64,000 nucleotides of DNA from Octopus sinensis (taxonomy: Eukaryota), in assembly GCF_006345805.1 (NCBI RefSeq), contig NC_043013.1:33914001-33978000 (forward strand), in the 5' to 3' direction. Made by a program: the position numbers and the translations under genes. Under the pieces are notes generated by a model. It was not told the origin of the DNA and did no database searches. It was given only the letters and a program-made list of their open reading frames with translations. Within the stretch, counting starts at the first letter, position 1, and every line of letters begins with the position of its first letter. Positions 13,694 through 27,129 of the stretch are shown here, one piece after another.

Positions 13694-14196
13694 CCGTAAA
13701 TCCTCGAGTCCGCCCTTGAGTATAATACGCAGGAGATTTTTAGGAGGCTGTACCTCTGAAAAACCTAAACCTTGTGTATAATACGCACCCCTTCTCTAAC
13801 CTGAATCGAGGACTATATAACATCTTTGGTTTGTAAAAATTTATACGGTAATATCCTTTATTATTATTGTATATATAACATAATGCAAACGTGTGGCATT
13901 TTTGTGCATTTTGTTTGCAGAAAATAAAGAAACAACAGTAATAACATTTAATAAATGTTGCTTACTGCAAGTTATGGATGATTCTTTTCTGACTTCATTG
14001 CTTTCAGGCTTAGCTTAAGGTATTTTCACGCCCGATGTCACAAAATGCATCTGAATAAACATTGCCGGACAGCAAATAGAGACTTGAACATTGCTTAGGC
14101 AATAATTTTCATTTTTAACCTCGTGTATAATACGCACTAGGATTTTGACCATTAAATTTTGGGAGAAAAATGCAGATTATATTGGAGGATTTATGG
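13694..14196. mobile_element. pogo-like MITE (503 bp) with internal repeats
   Basis: TA|ccgtaaatcctc ... gaggatttatgg|TA; GTATAATACGCA at 13720, 13776 and 14125. Confidence 0.8.
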
Positions 14197-14555
14197 TATG
14201 TTCTCTCCACAACACTCACAGCACATGTTTTACCCTATTGCAATCCAAATTTACATTACATTACATGAATGATACACTTTTTCTAAACACAATATATAAC
14301 AAAATAATAGAAACCCCACCGAATAAAATAACACAGCTCCTACATCATCCAACATAATAATTCAACTCTCTTTGCATGTTGCAAGGAGATACAAGTTTAA
14401 GATTCAAGTTCAAATCCCACTGACGTCAACCCTGTGTTTTGTTGTTGCAGGTTATGCATGTGGATTGGTTTGATGATTGAAACTTTGGACAGAATGCTTT
14501 CTAGCAAGTCAAGTGACCATCGAGTAATTCCATAGCTAGCTCATTAATATCAATG

Positions 14556-14702
14556 TTGTAAATTCTTCCAAGGTCAACTTTGCCTTTCATCCTTTCGGGG
14601 TCGATAGATTAAGTACCAGTTGCATACTGGGGTTGATCTAATCGACTGCCCCACCCCAACCACCACCAAATTTCAGGCCTTGTGCCTATGGTAGAAAGGA
14701 TC
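14556..14702 (+). mobile_element. SINE family B, 3' part
   Basis: ggtcaactttgcctttcatcctttcggggtcgat...ccttgtgcctatggtagaaagg, shared with other family B copies. Confidence 0.85.
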
Positions 14703-15037
14703 AATATCACTTATTTAAACCATGGTTAGATTTAATTAAGCAGACATAGGTTCAAAGATACCCGAAGCATTTTATATGGGACTGAATTACACAATGTCCT
14801 TCATTTTTTTTTATAAAGAGTGTTATTTGATGGAATTTTCACAGCTATTTTTTGTGGTGGGTCAAGCGACTGCTTTGAGGCTCTTTTATTTGCCTGTCAC
14901 ACCAGTAATTTGGAAACAGCGGTAGTAGTGATAAAAATGTTTGATGTTGTTAATGCTGACCATTTCAGCAAGGACTAATGAGGATGATGGCCGTAGTCTA
15001 TAGTGGTCAGCACAGATACATATGTACAAATATTTAG

Positions 15038-15075
<38 letters not shown>

Positions 15076-15279
15076 CTATTCTCTTTATCGCACTTCTTTT
15101 CAATCTATCAACAGTCTATCTCTCTAGCCATCTACTCAACTATCTATCAATCTATCTAGCTAGCTATTTACCTATGTTTGTTACTCTGTCCTCTCATCAT
15201 CTATTTATGTCTGTTTGTCCATTCAGCTATTTCTTCTTCCCTCTCTCTATCTGTCTATCAATCAATCTCTCTCTCTCTC

Positions 15280-15382
15280 TGTCTATCTATCCATCTATCA
15301 ATCTAACTATCCATCTATCTCTTCATCTGTCTATCTATCTATATATCTATCTACCTATCTATCTCCCCATCTGTTTTTCTAT

Positions 15383-15460
<78 letters not shown>

Positions 15461-15491
15461 CTCACTCTATCCATTTCTCTATCTATCTATC

Positions 15492-15522
<31 letters not shown>

Positions 15523-15610
15523 CCATTTCCCTATCTCTATCTGTCAATCTATCCTTAATATCTTTCCAACCCAGCCAGCCAGCCATCTATCCATTAATCC
15601 ATCTATCCAT
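15280..15610. repeat. (TCTA)n microsatellite array
   Basis: Direct; gives the LSIY ORFs. Confidence 0.95.
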
Positions 15611-15757
15611 TAACTCATTCATTTATCCATCTATGTTTTAAACGCCCAGCTCCAACAAAACACGGTGTAGAATGGTCAAGAGAAAATAATTCCTCAATGA
15701 CTGTTCTATGGTCTATGTTAATTGCTTCCTTCTTTTAGAAATGGCTGTTTCCATTCT

Positions 15758-15796
<39 letters not shown>

Positions 15797-17079
15797 TACA
15801 CTCAGCATTTCACTCTCTTTTTTTTTTATCTCTATGTCTCTCTGTCCCACACTGTTACTGTGCAAGCAAGTGGATATGGGAGGGGTGGTTGTTCCAGATT
15901 TTCGAATCACAGACATTCATTAGGCAACTTGTTTATTGTTTTGTATGTGATTTTTATTATTTTTGCTATGTACTTTGTTGTGTTTTTACATTTCTTTCCT
16001 GCTAAATGTGCTTGGGTATATACATGTGCATATATATGTACTTGCGTATATATATATATATAATATATATATATATATCAATATATATATATATATAACT
16101 TTATATAGATATGTATGCATATACATATATATATACATACATATCTATGTATGCATACATATATATATATATATATATATGTACATGTGTTGCAAAATGT
16201 ATATATATATAATATATATATATATATGTATATATACTTAAACACACAGTGCTATGTATGTACATGCATACATGGTTTTATATTTCTTATTTATTTATTT
16301 CTTTGGTTGTCATTTATATTTTTTCTTTATTTTTTTATTGCATTTTTTGTGTCCCTTTTTTTCTGGTATGCGGAGTGATAAAGTGAAAGTAGAGAAAAGG
16401 GAAGAAAGGAAAACCAGAGAAAGTAGAGAAAGACCAATATACAAGCATATACACACATACATACATACATACATACATATAAATATATATACATATATAT
16501 ATATACATGTATCTGTGTATGTATATATATATATATATGTATATATTCTGTTTGTTTCCCTTCTTTTCTCACTCACTACTTCCTCCTCCTCTTCCTCTCA
16601 CTTTTACTTTCATTCCCTCCCCCTTATCTCTTCTGTAAATTAGCATAATTGCCCAATATGAGTCACATGTGCAGTTTTTCATTCTTTCTTATTTATATAA
16701 TTATTTATATTATTTTTGTATTTCCATTTGTTTTTTTTCTTTTCCTTTATATATATATTTTTTATATTTATTTATTTATTTATTTATTTGTGTGTGCATG
16801 TCTGTGTTATTTTATTTGTAGTTTTTTTTTGCTCTACATACTTGCATATTTGTATATGTGTAAGGATGCATGCATGCATGCGTATGTCTGTGTTTCAATC
16901 TTTATGTATATGCCTCTGTGTGTGTGTGTATATGTGAGTATGTGTGTACATGCATGCGTGTGTATCTGTTATGTGAGCACGTGAGTGTCCCCTTTGCTTG
17001 ACTCCCTCACGCCAAATGAATCCAACCCAAACTAACTGCCTCTCCCACACAGACAGACATACACAACCCTGTCATTAAC

Positions 17080-17160
17080 GCCACCACCACCACCACCTCC
17101 AATACCCATGACAACATCAACCTCTATCAGAAGCAATGCTACCACCTCCTCTACCACTGC

Positions 17161-17194
<34 letters not shown>

Positions 17195-18005
17195 GTCATC
17201 ATCCAATCTCTGAGATTGTCTCAGGGAAAGAAAAAAAATAGTAGCAGAAAACAGCAAGAGGTCAGATCAAGGGGTTATTTGAGTTCACATCTGCATTCCA
17301 GCCACTTGGAAGGCACCATGTCAAATACCAGTATTCCTCCCCTTGAAGCATGATCGTCATCGTCATCATCATCATCACCACCACCACCACCACCACCAAT
17401 ATCAACCTTGCAGTCGTCTTCATCATCATCATCCTCATCATCATCATCAGCTGCTTCCTTTCCAACATTGTCAAAACCATCACAGCCATGATCACCATCA
17501 ACGTTGACATGGTGACCACCACCACCACCACCACCACCTTTGCCATCATGACCACAACCACAATAACAACAGTGATGATAATAATGAAGATGATGATGAT
17601 GACCACCACTGGTTTAATTCTAACGTTGCCAACAACTGCATCATCATCATCATCATCATCATCATTGTCATAGTCATCAGTTTCATCATTCACTTCCTCA
17701 CCAGCATTGTGAAAACCACCATGACAACCACAGCCATGATGACGACGACGACGATGACAACGACGGCCACCACCACCACCACCACCACCTTGATCGTAAT
17801 CACAGAAACAATGACAAGATTGACCAACACTGTTTAATTTCAACATTGCCAACAACTGCATCATCATCTTCATTGCCATCATCATCATTATTGCCATAAT
17901 CATAATTATCATCATCATCATCATCATTATCGCCATCATCATCATCATCAGCATCATCATCATCATCAACAACACTGTTAGTATCAATGCTTATCCTAAC
18001 ATCAT
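17080..18005. repeat. Compound (CAT)n/(CAC)n/(GAC)n trinucleotide tract
   Basis: Direct; the 241-aa minus ORF is poly-M/V/D with no domain signature. Confidence 0.9.
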
Positions 18006-18061
18006 TATTAATTGCATATGTTAATGAGATTTTTCGGGGGTTTTTTTGTCTTGCAAGTATT

Positions 18062-18345
18062 TGGTGACCCTGTCAGTGCAGGTGCCTCTTAAAAAGCACC
18101 CAGTCTACACTGGTAAAGTTGTTGGCATTTGGAAAGCCATCCAGGTATCAAAACCTTGGCCAAACTGACCTCGCCTGTGCTTGTGCCACATAAAAAGCAC
18201 TAAGTCCACTCTGCTGAGTGACTGGTGACAGGAAGGGCGTCCAAGCTGTAAAAACCCTGCCAAAGCAGTTACAGAAGCCTGGCTGGCTCTTGTCAAACTG
18301 TCTAACCCATGCCAGCATGGAAGGTGGATGTTAAATGGTGATGAT
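18062..18345 (+). mobile_element. Retroposon family C ((GAT)n-tailed, probable RTE-type 3' end)
   Basis: Ends acccatgccagcatggaaggtggatgttaaatggtgatgat; homologous to the copies at 22094, 37415, 38365 and 43797. RTE origin is inference. Confidence 0.7.
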
Positions 18346-18433
18346 ATGTGCTATGGTTTTCATTATGCCCTCCACCATCACCATTATGTTTTCCATATCA
18401 TTTTTAGCATCACTATCATTAACATCATCATTC

Positions 18434-18655
18434 TTAGTGGCAAGCTGGCAGAATCATTAACACTCCAAACAAAATGCTTAGTGGCATTTCGCCCATCTTT
18501 ACATTCTGAGTTCAAATTCTGCCGAGGTCAACTTTGCCTTTCATCTTCACAGGGTTAGCAAAATAAGGACCAGATGCATACTGGGGGTGGTGATGCAATC
18601 AACTAGCCCCTCCCCACAAATTTTCAGGTATTATTCCTATGGTAGACAGAATTAT
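18434..18655 (+). mobile_element. SINE family B, full length, (ATT)n tail
   Basis: Head gtggcaagctggcagaatcattaa, B box gagttcaaattc, tail into att/cat repeats. Confidence 0.88.
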
Positions 18656-18703
18656 TATTACTACCTTCACGATTATCTTTAACATCATTTTCATTATCAA
18701 CAT

Positions 18704-18761
<58 letters not shown>

Positions 18762-18844
18762 GTCACCATCATTGTGTTAACAACAAACAAGATGAGGACA
18801 AATATCCGTCAAATGTAAATGAGGTAAATAATGTAAATAAGGTT

Positions 18845-20631
18845 TTCAAAAGGTTAGTGGTCTTCTGCAGTGTGGTCAAGAAAATGCAAATCTGTGTGAT
18901 CTTTGACAAATTTTCCCATGATAAACTCCAGCTCGTGCCATAAATTATAGAGAGGGTGGATAATAAAATCTGGCTTCAACAGAGCTCTGATCACATTGGA
19001 TAAATCAAAGGCTTCCAGAAGGGTTGACCAATGATACATGAATGCTATCCTCAGTGCAACTGGTTTCAGATGCTGAGTGGAGAGACAAAATGGTTTCAGA
19101 TCACATGCTCACTTGGTCAAGGAAATACTCTTTTATCTCTTCTCATGTAGTGATACTCAAACCACATGAGCAGAAACTAAAGATATCAAAAAACATTCGG
19201 TAAGAATGAATGCAAGAGAATAGCAATAGTGTATGTGAATGATGTCACCATAACAAAGTTAGGAAAGGGGCAGCAATTAGCACAAACAACTAGGTGGGTT
19301 TGCAGTTTGGCATCTAGGAAAACAACTTCCCAGATGCCAAAATGTAAATTCACCAGCAAGCTGGCCAGAATTATAGAGTATGGAAGTGTGTGTCCATGTC
19401 AGTTATTTGATTGGGAAAGAAACAACTCCCTTTTGTGATGCTGAGACATTTTAGCATCATTTTAATGTCCACACTTCCATACTGGCGAGAGTCAGACAAT
19501 AATTCATTGTGGCAGTTTTTGTAAGGCCATAAGCCCTTCTTGTCACCAACCACCATCCGTTTCCTAAGAAGGCAACATTTGTGATTTGGTGTGGACCTGA
19601 AAATGAACAGTTACTGGGACAAGTCCATGAACAGTTTGATCAGTCACACATAGAAATGGATGACAAATGTATATATTATCTACATTGTAGGGAATGTATA
19701 CATCTGACTGCCATGTTTTACTCTAGTTTTTGTCAAACTAGATAAAAGCTTCTACCCTTTAAATTCTTGCAGAAAGAAGTCATCTACTTCGATGGTCCCT
19801 CTTCTTGCTCTGCAATATGCTCTGCATCATACACTTTGTAGATTATTTAATGATGATGCATTGACAAGCACTGAGATTGTAGCATCTGCAGAGATTACTA
19901 AGCAGAAAGCATATGAAATTGCCGTTCCTAAGCATATCTTTTGACTGCCCAGGTGTTTGATTGGAATGCTGTCCTGCATCAAGAAAAAAACTAAGACTGT
20001 ACATTAGATATTGGAAGTGTAGTTGGTTAAGTTTAAAGTGGAACTTCCACACAAGTTTTCTATCAAGGGCTTGCAGTGAGAAAGTATAATGATATACTCG
20101 GGGAAGATTTAAACATCAATTATAACCAACTGGCTGCTTTGTTTTGAAGAAACTTTGTCTCAATTTTAAATGGGGAAATGCATAGAGAGTTCAAGGAAAA
20201 CTCTGCATGTATGGAAGTACCATCAGCTGCACCAGGCTGAGATGCATACAAAGTGATGAAACCATTCAGCAGAATCCAAGCTTTGCTTACTTGTGGAGTT
20301 ATGTTAAACAGCAGTTGTCATTACATTACAGCAGAGATCTCCCTATTGGCTAAGACCATCATGAAGATCACACCCTGCCACTTTTCTATGGCCATGAAGT
20401 GCTGGACGCTTTCTTCTATCTAGGGGCCATGATAAAGGGGTTGTTTGCTCAGAATAACCAAAAGACTATATAGTGACACTTGCCTCTTCAGCCAAGCCAT
20501 CATTGACCTCTTCAAGTTCTACTTGAAGAGGATGTTGAGGAAAGAGAGGGAGATGTTACCCTCCAGCAACTTTGCTGGAGGGTAAATGAGAGTGGTGAGT
20601 ATTGCTCGAGTGAGTGAACGAGCCTCCTCAT
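18845..20631 (+). pseudogene. Degenerate L1/Tx1-type LINE ORF2 (RT to C-terminus)
   Basis: LDKSKASRRVDQ at 18996-19031 (LDQSKAFDRVDH motif), VYVNDVTI at ~19229 (YADD motif), C-terminal AIIDLFKFYLKRMLRKERE; many stops and frameshifts. Confidence 0.78.
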
Positions 20632-21174
20632 AAATACAGAATGAAGAAGACACATACGCTTGATGGAGTAACCCTGGATAATTGGGTTGCCTTGATTGGC
20701 CCTAGGTGGTGGTCATTCTCTAGAGAGTCTCTCATGTAAGTGTATGGTGTGCAGACTGTCGCTTTGTTTTCTTTTTCTTTTTTTTCCTGTTTTGCTTTCT
20801 CATTTAATTTCATTTGGTCCCTATTTAACTCCCTCACACACACACATGCACGCATTTTGCAACCTGTCCCTCAGATGTTCACTCATTCGTTACCATTGTG
20901 GCAAATGATGAAGATTATGATTCTTGCCATCAATATCATTATCATCACAGCCTTCTTTATCACCATTTTCATCATCAATATTATCACCATTTTTCATCCT
21001 CATCATCATCACCATCGTCATCGTCGTCACTGACATAAATATCTTCAAGCTGCTTTGGACAAACACGATATTAATTAGGTCACCTCGCATAGCACAATGA
21101 CATGTTTTTGTCTCAAAACACTTATCGACCCACAGCCAACAGTACCAACACCAACGCCAACTCCACCACCATTC

Positions 21175-21216
<42 letters not shown>

Positions 21217-22093
21217 CGTTTATCCTCATCCATATCCTCATCACCAGCATCTGAAACAGCAGCAGCAGCAGCAGAGATAGCATTCTGAAATCACAGTCAT
21301 CGAACTCCCAAGCTGTAGTCCAACACCACTGCCAACCCCCACCCCACCACCACCACCACCATCACTACCACCACCACTACAGCCACCGCCCACACTGCTA
21401 TTACAACTCCAATGAACTCCAATAACACATCTTTCAATCCCCAAACACCACTAGCAACAATAACAAAAACAATAAAAGCAAGCGTTCCATTTTCTGCTAT
21501 TGGTTTTTAAAATTTTTTTGTTGTTTTGGTTTTTGTTCTTTTTCAGCCATTTTAGATTTTCTTTGTGGTTTTCTTCTAAAATTGCATGTATGCATGTGTG
21601 TGTATGTGTACACATATTCACACACACATACATACATACATACATATATATATATATATACATATACACCCACTGCCATCTACATACGACAGTTTTTTGT
21701 TTAAAAATTATATATAATTGATGTGCATACAAATTTTTGCTTTAAAACTTATATATATACCTGCATATATGTGTATATATATGATACACACACACATACT
21801 TCAATAACACACATATATAATTATATTCAATACCTTATGCCTACCTTATCCAACTCTATTCACAAAAGAGTTCTTTTGCTTCTCTTCATTTTGTTTCTAT
21901 TTCTTCCATCATCTTACCTTCTTGATTTTCCTTCTTATATTTTATATTATTCCAATAAATATGTTTCTTTTTACATATTCTAATTCAGTTTATGAATTTA
22001 TACATATTTCGCACAATGGACACACACGTACATATCTGTCTGTATATATATATATATATATAAAAGTATGTATGTGCATCTAAGTAGATATAT

Positions 22094-22537
22094 CATCATC
22101 ATCATCATCATCATCATTTAGCGTCCGTTTTCCATGCTAGCATGGGTTGGACGGTTCAACTGGGGTCTGGGGAGCCCGAAGGCTGCACCAGGCCAGTCAG
22201 ATCTGGCAGTGTTTCTACAGCTGGATGCCCTTCCTAACGCCAACCACTCCGAGAGTGTAGTGGGTGATTTTATGTGCCACCGACACAGGTGCCAGACGAG
22301 GCTGGCGAACGGCCACGCTCGGATGGTGTTTTTATGTGCCACCGACACAGGTGCCAGACGAGGCTGGCAGACGGCCACGCTCGGATGGTGTTTTTATGTG
22401 CCACCGACACAGGTGCCAGATGAGGCTGGCAGGTGCCAGACGAGGCTGGCAGACGGCCACGCTCGGATGGTGTTTTTATGTGCCACCGACACAGGTGCCA
22501 GATGAGGCTGGCGGACGGCCACGATCGGATGGTGTTG
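22094..22537 (-). mobile_element. Retroposon family C with an internal 62-bp tandem expansion
   Basis: (CAT)n tail at 22094-22117; units starting tatgtgccaccgacacagg at 22271, 22333, 22395 and ~22477. Confidence 0.85.
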
Positions 22538-22542
22538 TTATT

Positions 22543-22574
<32 letters not shown>

Positions 22575-22639
22575 TATATATTTTATATATATATTATATA
22601 TATAATATATATATTATATATATATATTATATATATTAT

Positions 22640-22672
<33 letters not shown>

Positions 22673-22955
22673 ATATATATTATATATTATATATATATAT
22701 GTGTGTGTGTGTGTGTTTGTATGTGTGTATTTGTGTGTGTGTGTGTGTTTGTGTGTGTGTTGTGCTAGTAAATATATGTGTAATTATACATATGTATGTG
22801 TGTGTGTATGTGTGTGTATAAAGAGATGGATAGATAAATTTCCCCATCACCAACATCCCCTCTTCATTACCTTCCCTCCATTTCTCTCTGTTGTTTCTCC
22901 TTTTTTTCTCAAAACTTTACACACCATATTTCTTTCCTCTCCACATACACATCAA

Positions 22956-22992
<37 letters not shown>

Positions 22993-23389
22993 ACATAAAG
23001 ACATATACATTCATATGCTACAACATTACCCCACCAACCTTTCTATACTTTCGTTCTTTCTTTTCCTCTTTGTCTCTTCACAATATGCTATACACTTACT
23101 CTCCTCTTTCTTTTCTCTCTCTTGCTATTAATTTTCTCTCCTCTTTCTCAGGTTTTATTTAAACCATTGTTATGTTTTTTATCATTTTTCTTCCATCTCC
23201 TCCTCACTCTAACTGTTCTCCTACTCCTTCTGCCCCCCCTTACTTTTTCCCCTTCCTTCTTTGGGGTTCATTTTCTACACTTTTTTTGCTGCCTCCACAC
23301 CAAATTTAGCTTTGTCCTTCATTCCTTAAGCTCTCCTCATACATCCTATATATGTGTGCATATATATGTATTTATGCATTCATGTATGC

Positions 23390-23462
<73 letters not shown>

Positions 23463-23708
23463 TGTATGTATGTACGTATGTATGTATGTATGTATGTATA
23501 TGTATATATATGAAGAGTCTTCTACTTGGCCAGCTCCTGTCAAACCATCCAAGCCATGCCAGCATGGAAGGTGGATGTTAAATGAAGATGATGATAATGG
23601 TATACTTGTGTGTATATATGTATGCATGAAAAATCACTATCAGTCTATCTGTATTTCTCTGTCTGTCTCCCTGTCTCTGTCTTTCTCTGTGTCTCTCTCT
23701 CTCTTTAT

Positions 23709-23741
<33 letters not shown>

Positions 23742-23984
23742 GGATGGATATTAAATGCATTGAACTCTTCTTTCTTTCATTTGTCTACTCACTCACATAT
23801 ATTCATATATACATGTGTGTGTATGCATAGAGGTATACATACACACATGCACACAAACACCACACACATGTATAGTGGACTCTTCAATCATAAATGACAT
23901 AGGAAGGTTCTGCAACTCCTTGTTGAACAACAGGAACACATGATTTGTTTTATAGCAATCAAGTTTGTGTTGTACATCAGTTCC

Positions 23985-24660
23985 CTCCCAGTTCCTTCAT
24001 CAAATCAACATTGCATCTACACGTGCATGGTGTACCATGCATCAGATGTTGAAGTCATCACAGAGCTATGGGAAATGATGTGTTTTACTCAAGAACAGAA
24101 CACACTGCCCAATCTGGGAATGGAAACCATGAACTTGTGACCATGTGTGTTACACTCTTACCACAAGAACACTAGACATATTTCACCCTCCTTGGAGCTT
24201 GTCAATGATGTGTACCCTGCAGTCAAATGCCTAGACAAAAATCCATCCCTTGTGATATATAGTGTAAAGTGTATAATTTATTCACTGATATTGCATAAAG
24301 CTTGCCAGGCTAAAATAAAGATCCCTCCATCCTCTCATCAAATCAGCATTGCATCTACACGTGCATAGTGTGCCATGCATCAGATGTTGAAGTCATCAGA
24401 GAGCTATGGGAAATGATGTGTTTTACTCAAGAACAGAACACACTGCCCAATCTGGGAATTGAAACCAAGATCTTGTGTTCATGAGTGTTACACTCTTACC
24501 GCAAGAACATTAGACATGTTTCACCCTTCTTGGAGCTTGTCAGTGAGGTACACCGTGTAGTCACATACTAAGACAAAATCCATTACCAGTGATATATAAT
24601 GAACAATGGATTATATTGCATTCACTGATATTACATAAATCTTTCTAGGCTAAAATAAAA
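23985..24660. repeat. 338-bp direct tandem duplication (2 copies)
   Basis: catcaaatc at 23998 and 24336; both units end in ctaaaataaa. Confidence 0.9.
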
Positions 24661-25026
24661 TGCAGAAATGTGACAATAATAAATTATAGATGTTATGTGT
24701 ATCATATATAACATATTAGACAGGCTTGATGCCATAGATTTTGTTGGAGAGATAACCTCTTCATAGACATAATGTGTTGAAAGTACAGTATATATTGGAA
24801 CAAGAGGAATATCAGTAACAAATATGCTTTTGATATAACAAAAAGAGACTTTCCATCTGACAAAAATCATAGTCTTGTGCTTGCCTGTTAATGGTAGTTA
24901 TGCACCATGTATAGCTACCATTAGCACACAGGTTGGGCTGGGATGCTCCTTATAATTTAACACTGCTTCAATTGCATTTATCAAATATATATGGGAGTGT
25001 GTGTTTGTGTGCGATTGTGTGTATGG

Positions 25027-25454
25027 TATACTCTTTACTCTTTACTCTTTTATTTGTTTCAGTCATTTGACTGCGGCCATGCTGGAGCACCACCTTTAGT
25101 CGAGCAAATCGACCCCGGGACTTATTCTTTGTAAGCCCAGTACTTACTCTATCGGTCTCTTTTTGCCGAACCGCTAAGTGACGGGGACGTAAACACACCA
25201 GCGTCGGTTGTCAAGCGATGGTAGGGGGGACAAACACAGACACACAAACATATACACACACACATATATATATATATATACACATATATACGACAAGCTT
25301 CTTTCAGTTTCCGTCAACCAAATCCACTCACAAGGCATTGGTCGGCCCGAGGCTATAGCAGAAGACACTTGCCCAAGATGCCACGCAGTGGGACTGAACC
25401 CGGAACCATGTGGTTGGTAAGGAAGCTACTTACCGCACAGCCACTCCTGCGCCT
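25027..25454 (-). mobile_element. SINE family A, full length, young-looking
   Basis: Intact head, B box, central (CA)/(TA) repeat and (CTCTTTTA)n tail. Confidence 0.92.
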
Positions 25455-26799
25455 ATAGATATAAAAAATGCCAAAATTAGTTTAAAAACAAAGTGGGTGT
25501 ATTAGGAGGATGCTCAGGAACCTTTGAAGGAGTCTTTAACATTTTGAGCATATGCTCTTCTTCAGAAAAGATATTTATGTATGTATATGCATGTATACAT
25601 ATATATATATTTATGTACGCGTCTGTGTAGGTATATGAGTACGCGTGTGAGTGCATATACATTTGTATCTTCTTGTCTTGATGTCACATGAGAGTTGTAA
25701 AGAAACATCACCATCGTAGAGGAGTGTTGTTTCACCCCCACAAACAATTATCCATACAAACGTAGATAGCCATAGGGAAATATTGCATTGTTTGGAAACA
25801 GATGGTGGCTGGTGACAAGAAGGGCATATGGCCATAGAAAAACTACCTCAGTGAATTTCTGTCCAACTCTTGCAAGCGTGGAAGAGTGAACATTAAAACG
25901 ATGCCATGATGCAGCACCATAAAACTATGCCTATATGTACACACACACACACACACACACACATATGTATAAAGATAAATAGATATATATATGCACACTC
26001 ACACACACACACATATATATATATATATTTATATATATATATATACACATATGTACATATATACATACATATATATACATGCTTAGATAATTAGATAAAA
26101 ACATAATTCTGACAAGCCTTTGGCCACTTCATTCGTTTATTGTGTCGTTTATTCTTTTATTTATTGGACATAATGGACAAGGTTCTATACTTTTGATCAA
26201 TTCTCTCTTATTTTTCCTCATCTCTCTCCTTGCCTTTTTGCATATATATACGCATTTATGTATATCTATCTATCTATGTATATCATTTATGTATATCTAT
26301 CTATCTATCTATATATATATATATATATTGTAGTTTTTATAGTTATTTCATACTAATCCTGTATGGCTTGCACCCTGCTGCAGGCCTCGCCCTGTTGACC
26401 AATTTTGCATTCCTTATGTTATTAATCCCACCCAACACATAAGTGCTGCTGCTTACCTTTTCACCATTTTCTGCAGGAGAGGAAGAGGAAGTGGAGGAGG
26501 TGTAAGAAGAATGCTGTGTGGTTTAGCAGAAAATGGTGAGCAGTTGGACAGATGGGTGAACCAGGCTAAAGAATTCAAAGAGGGTGAAACAGAGAGAGAA
26601 GGAAGAGAGGGAAGAGAGAAGACAGAGTAGGGAGAGGGTGAACTGAGATGCAGTGAGAAAGATGTGAGATAGTAAAAGGGACAAACAGAAAAAGAGAGTA
26701 ATCATATGGTGGGGGGAGAGAGAAAAAATGAGATTAGTGGGAGGGGAAAAATAAACAGCATGAAAAGAGGAATGACAGAAAAGATAGAAGTTTCAATAT

Positions 26800-26806
26800 A
26801 TAGATG

Positions 26807-26844
<38 letters not shown>

Positions 26845-26900
26845 AAGTGAGAGACAGAAAGGAATGGAGAGAGACAGAGACTGATGGTAGTCTCACAGAT

Positions 26901-26970
<70 letters not shown>

Positions 26971-26975
26971 TGGAA
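26800..26975. repeat. (GATA)n and (GA)n microsatellites
   Basis: Direct. Confidence 0.95.
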
Positions 26976-27094
26976 TGAGAGAGAATGGCAATCAAGTCAC
27001 TTGAAGATGGAAAGGCAGAAAGAGAGAGAGAGAGAGAAAGAGAGAGGAAAAGAGCAAGTGGGAGAGACAGAGGCAGGATATATATATATATACA

Positions 27095-27129
<35 letters not shown>

